Assembly (NCBI RefSeq): GCF_009914755.1
Contig: NC_060948.1
DNA from: the human T2T-CHM13v2.0 reference genome, Homo sapiens
Length of the DNA: 64,000 nt
Direction: 5' to 3' (one strand)
The notes under the pieces are model-generated. The model was given only the letters and a program-made list of their open reading frames with translations, was not told where the DNA came from and ran no database searches. The translations under genes were made by a program, and so were the position numbers. This document shows positions 1 through 14,134 of the stretch, one piece after another; the first letter of the stretch is position 1; each line of letters opens with the position of its first letter.

Positions 1-226
1 CACTGCCACCTCCACCTCCTGGGTTCAAGTGATTCTCCTGCCTCCACTTCCCAAGTAGCTGGGATGACAGGCACACACCACCACACCCGGCTAACTTTTG
101 TATTTTTAGTAGAGACGGGATTTGGCCATGTTAGCCAGGCTGGTCTCAAACCCCTGACCTCAAAGGATCTGCCAGCTTCGGCCTCCCAAAGTGCTGGGAT
201 TACAGGCTTGAGCCACCATGCCCAGC
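1..226 (-). mobile_element. Alu SINE (partial, cut by window edge)
   Basis: Reverse Alu consensus motifs gggttcaagtgattctcctgcc ... gcctcccaaagtgctgggattacagg. Confidence 0.95.
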
Positions 227-364
227 AGGTTCCAAATCCACAAAATGGCTCTGAAAAGAACAAGAAGAGACACAGACAGCACCATATGAAGAGCCTATGG
301 TTCTTCATGGAGCCCTTCCTGTCAAGTGTAAGGAGCAAAGAAGTCAAGTTTGTTCAGCCTTAAT

Positions 365-953
365 CTAAACCAGAGGTAATTGTGCCCCCACCAGGGGCAT
401 TTGGCCATGTTTGGAGACACTGTTGGTTGTCATGACAGAAGAAGGCAAGTTATTGACCTCTGGGGGTTGATACCGGAGATGTTGCTAAACATTCTGCAAA
501 GCACAAGACAGCTACACAACAAATAATCATCCCATCCTGTTATGAACGGAATGCTGTGTTCACCCCAAATTTATGGGATGAAGATCTAATCACCAGAGTG
601 ATGATATTAGAAGGTGTGGCTTTGGGGACATAATTAGGGTTAGATGATGTTATGATAGTTGGATCGTCTTAATAGAATTACTGCCCTTATAAGAAGAGAC
701 CAGGGTGGTGTGTTTTCTCCCTCTCTGTCTCTCTCTCTCCCCCTGTATCATGTGAAGATACAATTAGAAAGTAGCCACATGCAAACCAGGAACCCAACCA
801 TACTAGCTTTCCAACCTCTGATTTCCAGTCTCCCAAATTGTGAGAAATAAATGTTGGTGGTTGAAGCCTCCCAGTCTGTGGTATTTTGTTATAGCAGCAC
901 GTGCTGACAGAGACACTGCCAATGTGAATGGTGCTGAAATGAGGAAGCCCTGA
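365..953 (+). mobile_element. MER20 (hAT) DNA transposon fossil, split by an MLT1 LTR
   Basis: tgccccc..ccaggggcatttggccatgtttggagacac...gttgctaaacattctgcaaagcacaagacag at 380-537 resembles MER20; its end aatgtgaatggtgctgaaatgaggaagccctg resumes at 916-953. Confidence 0.75.
538..915 (+). mobile_element. MLT1A/B-like MaLR solo LTR
   Basis: TGT start; cttataagaagaga; tgtgagaaataaatgtt...ccagtctgtggtattttgttatagcagc...gaca end. Confidence 0.85.
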
Positions 954-2779
954 GCTAGACTCTTCTGCAGGGTCTTCAGATAGGTGCAGGGCAAAGACCA
1001 AAACTTAGATACCCTCACCTCAAAAGAAGTCAGGGGAACATAATACAACGGGGTCAGCAGCTTATGGGTAGAAACTAGAGAATCCCTGGGGCACCTCATG
1101 ATTCTCTGGTGGTCTTCATTAGTGGTTTGTTGAAGAACAGAAGTATTCGTATTTAACAATGGACGGCTGGCCCTACTCAGCAGGCAAAGATGCTATCAAA
1201 CCCAATGAATCTGAAGCTGCAGGATACATGAGCTGGGTATAAAAGTGAGGCAGGGAGGGGTATCAAAAATGTCAGCCACTGCCCCCTGTCTAGACAGAGA
1301 AGCAAGGAGAGTTGTCTGCTTCAATTCCTTTCTTGCATCTGGGCTAATAAATCTCAACTTGTTTTCTTTTTAGAGATGGATAATAAATAGTCATCATTCA
1401 TCAAAATGATGGGCTTCCCTATTAGAGATTGGGTGCACCAGAGGCTGAATGTACTCATACACCTTGGCTTATAAGGATGGTCTTAAAATGGGTCAGGGGA
1501 GGCATAGAGTCATGGGGCTGAGTCTTCATGACGTCATCTCTTCCCTGTGAAAATGTTTGTACACTTCTTTTTATTGATTTTATTTATTTTTTGCCACTGG
1601 CCAATGTGGATTATACAGGCTTCAAAGCCACCCTTTAAGAGATGCGGGATCTCCCAGTGTACACCAATGGTGGGCATTCCATCCTGGGGTGTGTGGATTT
1701 CTGTGTTGAATGATAGTGCAATATGGTAGAGCATCTAGGCCCACTCTGTTGTATTCTATCATCTGGAGTCCCCTGGAATCCCCTTAACACCCATTTCTGA
1801 GATTAAGCAACAAGAAAAGATGTGGAGAGAGGGACTCCTGCTGCCTTGCACCTCTAGTCATCAGAGAGTTGTTTACTGCAAGACTTCCAGTCACTTGGCA
1901 TGGGTTTCAAGAACAAATAGATCCATTTAGATAAATAAATCATATCAGTATAATCAAACACCTAGTTTGGGTGATGAGACAGTAGTTTACATAAGAGATG
2001 ATTGATAGCAGCCTGAAAGCTTCCCTGATTAATAAGGATCTTCATTTGTGCTTTTCAATGAGAAAGTCTTTAAATTAATTAAAGAGGCTTTAGGAGGGGA
2101 AGGAATGCTTGCCAGCTTTAGAAGGCTTTGACTTTTCTATCCATATTCTCCATAAGACACATTATTGCAAATTTGTTTTTGTAAACACCCACTCTTTATG
2201 CCATAAATATTCAACCCTCGTTTATGCGTTTGCATCTGGCAAGTGGTAGAGGGAGCCCCAGAGGCTCTCTCTCTCCTCATTAAGGAGCTCAAGTGGAAGC
2301 AGGAGCAATTTGTCATTGTCTAAAGTGGGAAGACCTTGAAATGAGTCCTGCTTTCATGAGGAACCTGCTAGAAAGACCAGCCAGGCTTTGAACAAGCACA
2401 TAGGGAGGGCAGCAGGGCTGCAGCTCCTGTGTGTCCAATATAGACAGAATTCCATGTCAAAATACAGACACATCAGTTTCCCTTGTCTAAGGGGATCATT
2501 GCCTTTTCTGACAGTATTGGTGTTGACTAGGTTGACCATGGACCAGGATGGCTTCATGGATGGGGTAAGAGTTGAGGGGGTTATGGATAGACGGGGAGAG
2601 ATGACATCACTAAGAATGGGTGTTTTGGGGGGATCAATATGACCAAATGTACATTGAGTGAGGGGGCTACTCACCTCACCAACCTCCAATCTTCTTCCCG
2701 ACTTATATTCCTTCATATCATCTGTTACCGGGGAATAAACTTTAAATTTTACCTCTCACTGTTGTTCTTCACCAACACA

Positions 2780-2905
2780 TGAGATGGATGAGCTCAAGCA
2801 TGCTCCTGTTTTGTTCAGCATGATATTTTCCTCTTGTAGATACTCCATAAATTGTACTCAATAAATGCCCAGTCAACGTTTTTGAATTATTTAATGAATG
2901 AGCAG
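2780..2905 (+). mobile_element. L2 LINE 3' end remnant
   Basis: gtactcaataaatg...ttgaattatttaatgaatga resembles the L2 terminus. Confidence 0.5.
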
Positions 2906-3215
2906 GTAGAAATGCAAAATAGTGGCCGAGGAGGGTGACCCCGAGGTAATCCAAGGAGAAGAGGTTTCGGCATGGTTTTCAGATGTGGTATTGTTGAAAA
3001 GGCAAGACTGGGTTGGGCCCCAGAGTGAGTAATATGCTGTGCCATGAAATTTAGGATTTATATCGAGGCCAGAAATAGCAAATACGTTTTGAGTTGTGGG
3101 TGAACTCTGAGCACTTGCCAGGTATAGTGATGGGGGTGGTTGGCAAAAGCCATGTGAGATCCCACTGGATCCAATGCGTAAAAGGATGGCTTGGGGTTAA
3201 TAATGAGGGGGCTTT

Positions 3216-3623
<408 letters not shown>

Positions 3624-4029
3624 CTAAAATAGGCAGAGATGGGGAAGGAAATCCTTGGGGGAGGCCCAGGCATTAGTCCAACCAGGAGCACTAAGGGCCA
3701 GAACCAGAACATGTTACTTGGCCTGAGTGTGACTTCTGGTGTAAGAAAAACAGACCCTGAAGGTCTTTGTGACACTTTAGTTTCTCCTTCTAAAGAAATG
3801 TGTGTTTATTTTACAGATACAAAGGATAACCACATTAATTCTGAGGCAGTTTTCCAAAGTATTATAATGATCCCAACAAGAAAATGGCATTTCAGTTCAA
3901 ATGTTACTGAGTGCCAGGGAAACGGTTAGATACTCAGGCTGTGGAACTGGGTTGGTTGCAGGGCTCAGGATCCAGAGACAAGGAAGGCAGCATCACAAGT
4001 CAGCCACTCATAAATGCAACGTTATAAGA

Positions 4030-4191
4030 GTCCCAATTTCTTTTTGAGGTTTGTTCCAATCAACAGCAACTGAAACACAACTCAGACTAAGTTAGGCAAA
4101 GAAAGAAGATTGTTGACCTAATATAACTGTGAGATCCTACGATGGAGCTGACCTCAGGATTCCCAAGGACTTAAGAAATCTCTAGATAGAG

Positions 4192-4234
<43 letters not shown>

Positions 4235-4685
4235 GACATAGATAGAGAAAAAATAGATATAGATAGAATAAATAGATGATAGATAAATACATAGGATAGA
4301 TAGATAAATAGATAGCTAGATGATACATAATATATATAGATATGTAGTTATTTAATAGATACATAAAATAGGTAGATAGATAAATAAGATGGATAGATAC
4401 GTAATTGATAGATAACTAGGACAGATAGATACATAATAGATACATTGATACACAGGATAGATAAATGATAGGTAGATAGATAAGATGGATAGATACATAA
4501 TAGATACATAGGATGGATAGATAGATAGAATAAGATGGATGATAGATAGATAGAATAAGATGGATGATAGATAGATAGAATAAGATGGATGATAGATAGA
4601 TAGATAGAATAAGATGGATGATAGATAGATAGATAGATAGATAGAATAAGATGGATGATAGATAGATAGATAGAATAAGATGGAT

Positions 4686-4734
<49 letters not shown>

Positions 4735-5480
4735 GATAGATGATGGGTAGATGGATAGATGGATAGATAGACAGGATAGATGATAGATAGATAATAGATA
4801 GATAGATGGAATAAATATCATATAACTGCATAAAGAAATGTATGGAAATAAGCAAATAATCATGACTTCAATAAGATGGAAGTTTGCTTCTCTCTGATAT
4901 GATAGGAGGCCAGAACAAGGGGTCCAAGTTGTTGTACAGATTCAAGATGTCAGACATCCTCCATGTTGTGCCTCCACCATTTTAGTATGTGACTTTCTAC
5001 TCATGGTTCAATATGGTGACATGGTCTCCAGCCCTCACATCTCCATTGCAGCTAGCAGCAAAAGGAGAGGGAAGAGTTCACGTTCACTTTTTTAAGAAAT
5101 TAAGGAGATTTTTACGGTCTTAATACATTCCTACTTACTTCCCATGAGCTCAAAGTTCATCATACTGTCACACAGAGCTGCAAGGGAGTCTAGGAAAAAC
5201 AGTCTGAAAAAGTAGAGGTGGACAGCTTCTCAGGGATCCCCCAAGTTCTGGTCACTCTCTCAACTCTCTGCTTCTCTCTGTGTTCCAGACTAGATTCTCT
5301 TGGAAAAAGTCTTGGAAGATAGGATGGAAAAAAAAATCCAGCTGCTGAGGCTATAGATTTAGAGTCTGAGCTTCTCCCACCTTCTCTCAGTCTTTGCTGA
5401 TCAAATTCAAGGGAAGGGTTAATTAGCCTGTCTTGCACCATATGTCTATCTCTGGGATAATCTCTGCACCTGAGAAAGGC
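4030..5480 (-). mobile_element. Old MLT1J/K-like LTR fragments interrupted by the TAGA satellite
   Basis: cagcaactgaaacacaactcagactaagttagg (4063); aataagatggaagtttgcttctctct...agctgcaagggagtctaggaaa (4870-5200). Confidence 0.55.
4183..4812 (+). repeat. (TAGA)n complex simple-repeat satellite
   Basis: tagataga runs with recurring gaataagatggatgatag variant units. Confidence 0.97.
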
Positions 5481-5599
5481 TGGCTTCTCAGAACAGATGA
5501 TTTTGCTGTTGTTGTTGTTGTTGTTAAACTTTAAAAGATGAATCAGATGTTACAATGACTCAGGGCTGGGCAGGCAAAGTCAGGGAACTAGGAAATTGA

Positions 5600-7110
5600 T
5601 GATGGAGGCAGAGATTGAGGTGTTGGGTGTGAGGTGATGAAGTACAGACAGAGAGGCCACATCTTTCCATGTGTGAATTTATGAAAGATCTCAGACACTT
5701 AGGTAAGGATCCTGAACTGTTCTCTGCAGTTGATGAGAAACCACCAACATTGTGTGACCAGTCATGTCCACATTTATGCTTATACATATTAAATAGGTCT
5801 AAATGTGTTTAGACCTATTACCTTGGAACCCATGCATAGGATGGATCAGAAGGGATGGCACTGAAGGTGGAAGCCTGGAGCCTCTGGCATGGGATGGATG
5901 GTGGTAATGGAATCTTTGAACCTGGAGCATGGAGTGGGAAGGAAGAAGTGAGAAGGCATTCAAAGTCACCAGTAAGGCTGGGCACCATGGCTCACACCTG
6001 TAATCCCAGCAGTTTGAGAGGGCAAGACAGGCAGATCACTTGAGCTCAGGAGTTCAAGACCAGCCTGGGCAACATGGCGAGACCCCACCTCTATTAAAAA
6101 TAAAAAAATAGACAAGAGTGGTGGTGTGTGCCTGTGGTCCTAGCTACTAGGGAAGATGAGGTGGGAGGATCACTTAAGCCCAGGTGGTGGAGATTGCAGT
6201 GAGCTGAGATTGTGCCACTGCACTCCAGCCCAGGTGACAGAGCGAGACATTGTCTCAAACAAACAAACAAATTAAAATAACACACACACACACAAAGAAA
6301 CAAACAAACAAAAATAACAGTCACCACAGAAGCAAACTGTTGTGTCTCTTTGATGTTGAGGGAAGAATCAAACGTGACTTCAGGGCTCTAACCTGAAAAG
6401 TTGAGTGGGAAACAAACTCCCAATAAAAGAACATAAATTATGTCTGGGGGAGAAAAGAAGACAAAGTTGAGTTCAGCCTTTGCTTTATTGATTCTTCTTC
6501 TGAAGGGGGTTCTTCTAAAACAAGGAGTCACATTTAGCCTTTGCTAGTTCTTCTCCTCTTCCCAAAGGGGTTTTTCTAAATGTTGGGCTGAACTAGGGCT
6601 CAAACATAAGCTTCCTTCTCTCTCCGGGGGATCTCACTCAGCTCCAAGACTTGACACATCCACTCAAAATCCTAAATTCCTATCTCTGGATTTGACATCT
6701 TTTCTCTATTTCAGATTCAGCATGTAACTGTATCCTCAACTTCTCAGCTCAGGAAAATGATTAGGGTTTTCAAGTTAACCCATCCCAAACCATCTGGACA
6801 GCCTTCACTGGATTCACCACCACCCCTGACAAGTGTTTTGGCAGAAGATTTTGGAAACTTTGAACTCTCCTTTCTCTCATCTCCCCCTTATACAATTCAT
6901 TGGCAAGTCTCTTGAATGACCTCAAACATTTGTCAAAATGGATCAGATTTTCCTGCCTTTGCCTTCTTCGCCCTGATGCATGACGTATGTCATCTGGATC
7001 ATGGCCACATCCTCTTGATTGATCTTTTGGCTTCTGTCCTGGTTTCTGCTTTGATCCTGGAATTATTCTTAAGCAGAGAAATCTTTTTAAAATGGAGATG
7101 ATTTTTAGCT
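5600..7110. mobile_element. Degenerate L2 fragments in both orientations (interrupted by an Alu)
   Basis: By-eye resemblance to L2 3' region, e.g. aggtaaggatcctgaactgttctctgcagttgatgagaaaccac and tcctaaattcctatctctgg...tttcagattcagcatgtaactg. Confidence 0.4.
5976..6315 (+). mobile_element. AluJ-like SINE with AAAC/CA tail
   Basis: gatcacttgagctcaggagttcaagaccagcctgggcaacatggcgagacccc; gggaggatcactt. Confidence 0.93.
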
Positions 7111-7796
7111 TGTGGCCCTCATCCCTTCCTATTGACTAAATAGCAGTTTCCCAAAATTTGTATGTTGAAGGCCTAACCCCTACTGGTTATGTCCCTCCAA
7201 AATGCACCATACTGAAGCCCTAATCCCCAATGGGATGATATTAGGAGGTGAAGTCTCTGGAGGTGATGAGGTTTAGATGAGGTCATGAGGATGGGACCTT
7301 CATGATGGGATTAGTATCCTTATAAGAAGAGCAAGAGACACAAAAGCTCTCTCTCTATCTCTTTCTCTCTCTGAAGGCACCATCTGTGAACCAGCAAGAG
7401 AACCCCCTCCAGCCAATAAATCTGCCATGCCTCGAACTCGGACTTTCCCATCTCCAGAACTATGAGAAATCAATGGCTGTTACTTAAGCCACCCAGTCTA
7501 TGATTTTTGTTATGGCAACCCAAGCTGACTAAGACATCCCTCATGCCACTCAAAACCCTCCAATAATTTCACATCAAAGTTGGAATACAATCTGACTACT
7601 TCCCTATGGCTTCTTTGTAACTCTGTCCCTGGCAACTTGCTCCAATTGGGACTCTGCGGTCCCAATAAAAGAATGTAAATTATGTCTGGGGGAGAAAATA
7701 AAACAAAGTTGAGTTCAGCCTTGGCTTTATTGATTCTTCTTCTGAAGGGGGTTCTTCTAAAACAAGGAGTCACATTTAGCCTTTGCTGGTTCTTCT
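6418..7796 (+). repeat. Dispersed ~137-bp direct duplication (6418-6554 and 7660-7796)
   Basis: tcccaataaaagaa...gagttcagcctt.gctttattgattcttcttctgaagggggttcttctaaaacaaggagtcacatttagcctttgct.gttcttct occurs twice with few mismatches. Confidence 0.95.
7130..7536 (+). mobile_element. MLT1A-like MaLR LTR
   Basis: aggtttagatgaggtcatgaggatgggaccttcatgatgggattagtatccttataagaagag ... ttgttatggcaacccaagctgactaagaca. Confidence 0.88.
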
Positions 7797-7871
7797 TTGC
7801 TACCTCCTTGGGCGTCCCCCCAGTCATGCCAAATTCATTCCTGTTGCAGACCTCCAGCACATTACTCCTTC

Positions 7872-8403
7872 TGTGAGTGTCCTGTGGCCGCCATCACCAA
7901 TGATCATGTTCGTATTGGCTTAAAGCAACACAAATGTATTGTCTTACAGTGTTGTAGGTTTGAAGCCCACTCTAGGTCTCACTGGCCTAAAACCAAGGTG
8001 TCAGCAAAACTTCCCTCTTGATGCAAGTTCTGGGGGAGAATCAGTTTCTTTGCCATTTCCTACTTCTAGAGGCATGTTTCTAGAATATTCCTTGGCTCCT
8101 GGACCCTTCCTCCATCTTCGAAGCCAGTACTGCAGCATCTTCTAATCTTTCTGTGACTCTGACCTTTGCTTTTGTCCTAACAACACCTCCTCTGGCTCTG
8201 GCACTCCTGCCTGCCTCTTACAAAGATCCTGTGATGACCTTAGACCCACCTAGATAATCCAGGGTCATTTCATCTCATGATTCTTAAACTAATCACATCT
8301 GCAAAATCTTTTTAGCCATGAAAGGTTTTTACAGATTTCTGGAATTAGGATGTGGATGTTTTTTTTTGAGGGGGGGCAGGGGGCGCTTACTCTGTCAACC
8401 ACA
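7872..8403 (-). mobile_element. MLT1B/C-like MaLR LTR
   Basis: ggcttaaagcaacacaaatgtattgtcttacag; cccacctagataatccagg; aatcacatctgcaaaatc. Confidence 0.85.
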
Positions 8404-9120
8404 TGGGGATTAGGATGTAGACATCCTTGGGGCCATTATTCTGTCTACTACCTAGTATTAGGACATGGACGTCTTTGGGACCATTATTCTCTGTACCACA
8501 TGAGGATTAGGACATGGGCATCTTTGGGACCATTATTCTGTCTACCACATGGGGATTAGGACGTGGACATCTTTGAGGTCATTATTCTGTCTGCTGCATG
8601 AGAATTAGGACATAGACGTTGTTTGGGGCCATTATTCTACTACATGAGGATGAGGATGTGGATATCTTTCATGCTATCATGCTGTCTACTACATGAAGAT
8701 AAGGATGTGGGCATCTTTGGGACCATTATTCTGTCTACCACATGAGGATTAGGAAGTGGACGTCTTGGAATCCATTATTCGGCCTACCCCATGGGATTAG
8801 AATGTGGACATCTTTAGGGCCATTATACTGTCTACCTCACGGGGATTAGGATGTGGACATCTTTAGGGCCATTATTCTGTCTACCACATGGGGAATAGGA
8901 TGTTGGTAACATCTTTAGGGCCATTATTCTGTCTCCCACATGAGGATTAGGATGTGGACATCTCTGGGGACATTATTCTGTCTACCACATGGGGAATAGG
9001 ATGTTGGTAACATTTTTAGGGCCATTATTCTGTCTCCCACATGGGGATTAGGACATGGATATCTTTGGGGCCATTATTCTGTCTACCCCTAGATAATTAG
9101 AACTTGGACATCTTTGGTGA
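8343..9120 (+). repeat. ~49-bp minisatellite, about 15 diverged copies, derived from the MLT1 terminus
   Basis: Unit catggggattaggatgtggacatctttggggccattattctgtctacca. Confidence 0.95.
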
Positions 9121-9591
9121 AATCACTTTGTCTTCCTCCTTTCTTATTCTTAGAATTCTCCTAGTAACAAGCTGCTTCTTCCTCAACTTCTTCTTCCTCA
9201 GCATTCCTATGGGGCCTCCAACACTCACCAGGCAGCTCCCTGACTGCATTACCCGAGATTGTATTTGGCCAAGATTCTCTGCTTTCTCTTGGTACCTCCA
9301 AGCAGGATGGAAGCTTTAGAGGGCAGTGTCTTTGTTACTCTTTCTTATTCTAATTGTTTATTCTTATTTATTGACGTGTCTCCTGCTTTCAAGGCAGACT
9401 CCCACCCATTAGGTCTTCTATATACAATTAAATTTACCTAGAAAATATTTCCTTCTTATTTAAAGCTTTTTAAAAGTAAATTTCAAAATTGCTATATCAT
9501 GTTACAAATTCACGTGCCTCCCGTGAAGAATACATTTGCAAAATAAATGATGTCTTGAGACTAAATGAATTTTCAATGAAGATTTTAGAGA

Positions 9592-10013
<422 letters not shown>

Positions 10014-10282
10014 TGAATAATAACCCATTTCCCCCCAAAATAGAAAAGGGAACTATTTCCCCCTGCTCTTTGAGGGAACTGAATAAATAGTAAATGAAGT
10101 TCTGTCTGTACAGGAAGCGTGGGTACTTGGCATTACATCCAGAAAAGTAAGGACATGAGTGTTTTCTTCCAAACGAATGACATGTTTAAAAACCATCATC
10201 ACCACCCTCTCTGTGATTGCAGATTTTGCGTGCATTTTAATCATTGGGTGCCAGAAGCAAATTTCCATGTGAGCACGCCCTC

Positions 10283-10608
10283 TTTCTTCTTCTCCTCCCG
10301 CTCCTCCTGCTCCTCCCGCTCCTCCTCCTCCTTCTTTTCTCCTTCTCCTTCTCCTTCTTCTTCCTCTTCTTCCTCTTCCTCCTCTCCCTCCTCTGCTTCT
10401 TCTCCTTCTTCTCCTTCTCCCTCTTCTCCCTCTTCCTCTTCTTCCTCCTCTCCTTCTCCCTTTTCCCCTTCCCCATCCCCTTCCACTTCCCCTTCCCCTT
10501 CCCCTTCCTCCTCCTTCTCCTCCTCCTCCTCCTCTTCTTCTTCTTTTTCTTCTTCTTCTTCTTCCTTTTCTTCTTCTTCTTCTTCTTCTTCTTCTTCTTC
10601 TTCTTCTT

Positions 10609-10642
<34 letters not shown>

Positions 10643-10676
10643 CTCCTTCTTGTTTTCCTTCTCCTTCTCCTTCTTC
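10283..10676 (+). repeat. (CTT)n/(CCT)n polypyrimidine tract (GAA-type tail of the adjacent L1)
   Basis: Near-pure (TTC)n at about 10570-10638 within a CCT/CTT tract. Confidence 0.95.
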
Positions 10677-11153
10677 ACTTCAAGTTATGGGATACATGTG
10701 CAGAATGTTTCAAGTTATGGGATACACGTGCAGAACATGCAGGTTTGTTACATAGGTATACATGTGCCATGGTGGTTTGCTGCACCCATCAACCCATCAC
10801 CTAGGTTTTAAGCCCTGCATGCTTTATGTACTTGTCCTAATGCTCTCCCTCACCTTTCCCCCAACCCCCAGACAGGCCCTGGTGTGTGATGTTCCCCTCT
10901 CTGTGTCCATGTGTTCTCACTGTTCAACTCCCTCTTATGAGTGAGAACATGTGGTGTTTGGTTTTCTGTACCTGTGTTAGTTTGCTGAAAATGATGGCTT
11001 CCAGCTTCATCCATGTCCCTGCAAAGGACATGAACACATCCTTTTTTACGGCTGCATAGTATTCCATGGTGTCTATGTGCCACATTTACTTTATTCAGTC
11101 TATCACTGATGGGCATTTGGGTTGGTTCCAAGTCTTTGCTGTTGTAAATAGCA
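10677..11153 (-). mobile_element. L1PA (about PA7-PA10) 3' end, 5'-truncated
   Basis: gatacatgtgcagaac..gcaggtttgttacataggtatacatgtgccatggtggtttgctgcacccatcaaccc; minus-strand ORF gives ORF2 C-terminal TAKTWNQPKCPS. Confidence 0.95.
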
Positions 11154-11359
11154 GCATGTCCTCCGATTCAACAATGAGAACATTGTCCACTGTTCTGTTC
11201 AGGCCTACGGAAAGGTCCCAGGCTGCTAAGACAATCTCGAATTCTCTCAACACCCCACAGTTTGTCAATACTGGAGATATTCTGGTGATTTTTTTTTGGG
11301 GGGGGGAAAGTGGCTGTTTATATATCACAAGGTTTCTTGATTACAAAAACAGTCAACTA

Positions 11360-11697
<338 letters not shown>

Positions 11698-11992
11698 TCA
11701 GCTCTACAAGTGTAAGAGGAAGGAACCACACCATGTCACAGTCAGTCGGATGACCACTGGCTCTGAAGGAGGAAAAACACTCAGCTCTCTACCTACCTGC
11801 TCTCTCTCCCCATTCCTGTTACATAGATTACTTCTTTCCTCCCCAGGTACACTGGAGGGTCAGGGTCTTCCCTTCTTCCTTCTATTTAAATAAAACAATA
11901 TGAGAAAACTGCTTGACAGGTGGTTCCAAGCATCAGTGGGGTGAAGAAACAATATTCTTCGTGATGCGGGTAACACCAGGAAAAAAAAAATC

Positions 11993-13000
<1,008 letters not shown>

Positions 13001-13002
13001 GT

Positions 13003-13131
13003 TTTTGGTTTTTGGTTTGTTTGTTTGTTTTTGTTGTGTTTGTTTGTTTGTTTGAGACAGAGTCTCTGCCTCTGTCACTCAGGCCAGAGTACAGTGGTGC
13101 AATCTTGGCTCACTGCAACCTCCACCTCCCA
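13003..13131 (-). mobile_element. Alu right-arm fragment
   Basis: TTTG tail then gagacagagtct...ggctcactgcaacctccacctccc, truncated. Confidence 0.9.
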
Positions 13132-13177
13132 GAAAAAGAAAGCAAACACGGCATGCAGCATCAGCTTTCTAGAAGAC

Positions 13178-14134
13178 GCTGGAGCTTCTGGTGGGTGGAC
13201 CATGCTGGAGCTTCTGGTGGGTAGACCTGGTGGAGCTTCTGGTGGGTAAATAATGCTGGAGCTTCTGGTGAGTAGACCAGGGTGGAGCTTCTGGTGGGTA
13301 AATTATGCTGGAGCTTCTGGTGGGTAAATCATGCTGGAGCTTCTGGTGGGTGGACCATGCTGGGGCTTCTGGTGGCTAAATAATGCTGAAGCTTCTGGTG
13401 GGTGGACCATGGTGGAGCTTCTGGTGGGTGAACCATGCTGGAGCTTCTGGTGGGTAAATCATGCTGGAGCCTCTGGTGGGTAAATCATGCTGGACCCTCT
13501 GGTGGATAAATCATGCTGGAGCTTCTGGTAGGTGGACTATGGTGGAGCTTCTGGTGGATGGATCATGCTGGAGCTTCTGGTGAGTAGACCATGGTGGGAG
13601 ATTCTGGGGGGTAAATTATGCTGGAGCTTCTGGTGGGTGGACCATAGTGGAGCTTCTGATGGGTGGACCATGCTGAAGCTTCTGGTGGGTGGACCATGGT
13701 GGAGCTTCTGATGGGTGGACCATGGTGGAGCTTCTGGGGGGTAAATTATGCTGGAGCTTCTGGTGGGTGGACCATGGTGGAGCTTCTGGGGGGTAAATTA
13801 TGCTGGAGCTTCTGGTGGGTGGACTATGGTGGAGCTTCTGGTGGATGGACCATGCTGGAGCTTCTGGTGAGTAGACCATGGTGGGAGCTTCTGGGGGGTA
13901 AATTATGCTGGAGCTTCTGGTGGGTGGACCATAGTGGAGCTTCTGATGGGTGGACCATGCTGGAGCTTCTGGTGGGTGGACCATAGTGGAGCTTCTGGGG
14001 GGTAAATTATGCTGGAGCTTCTGGTGGGTGGACCATGGTGGAGCTTCTGGTGGGTGGATCATGCTGGAGCTTCTGGGGGGTGGATCATGCTGGAGCTTCT
14101 GGTGGGTAAATCATTCTGGAGCCTCTGGTGGGTG
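13178..14134 (+). repeat. 26-bp G-rich minisatellite, about 36 copies
   Basis: Unit atgctggagcttctggtgggtggacc with taaatt/taaatc variants. Confidence 0.97.

Noticed and set aside
10119-10811. Poly-Ser, poly-Glu and poly-Phe ORFs
   Set aside because: Derived from the (CTT)n tract and the L1 3'UTR.
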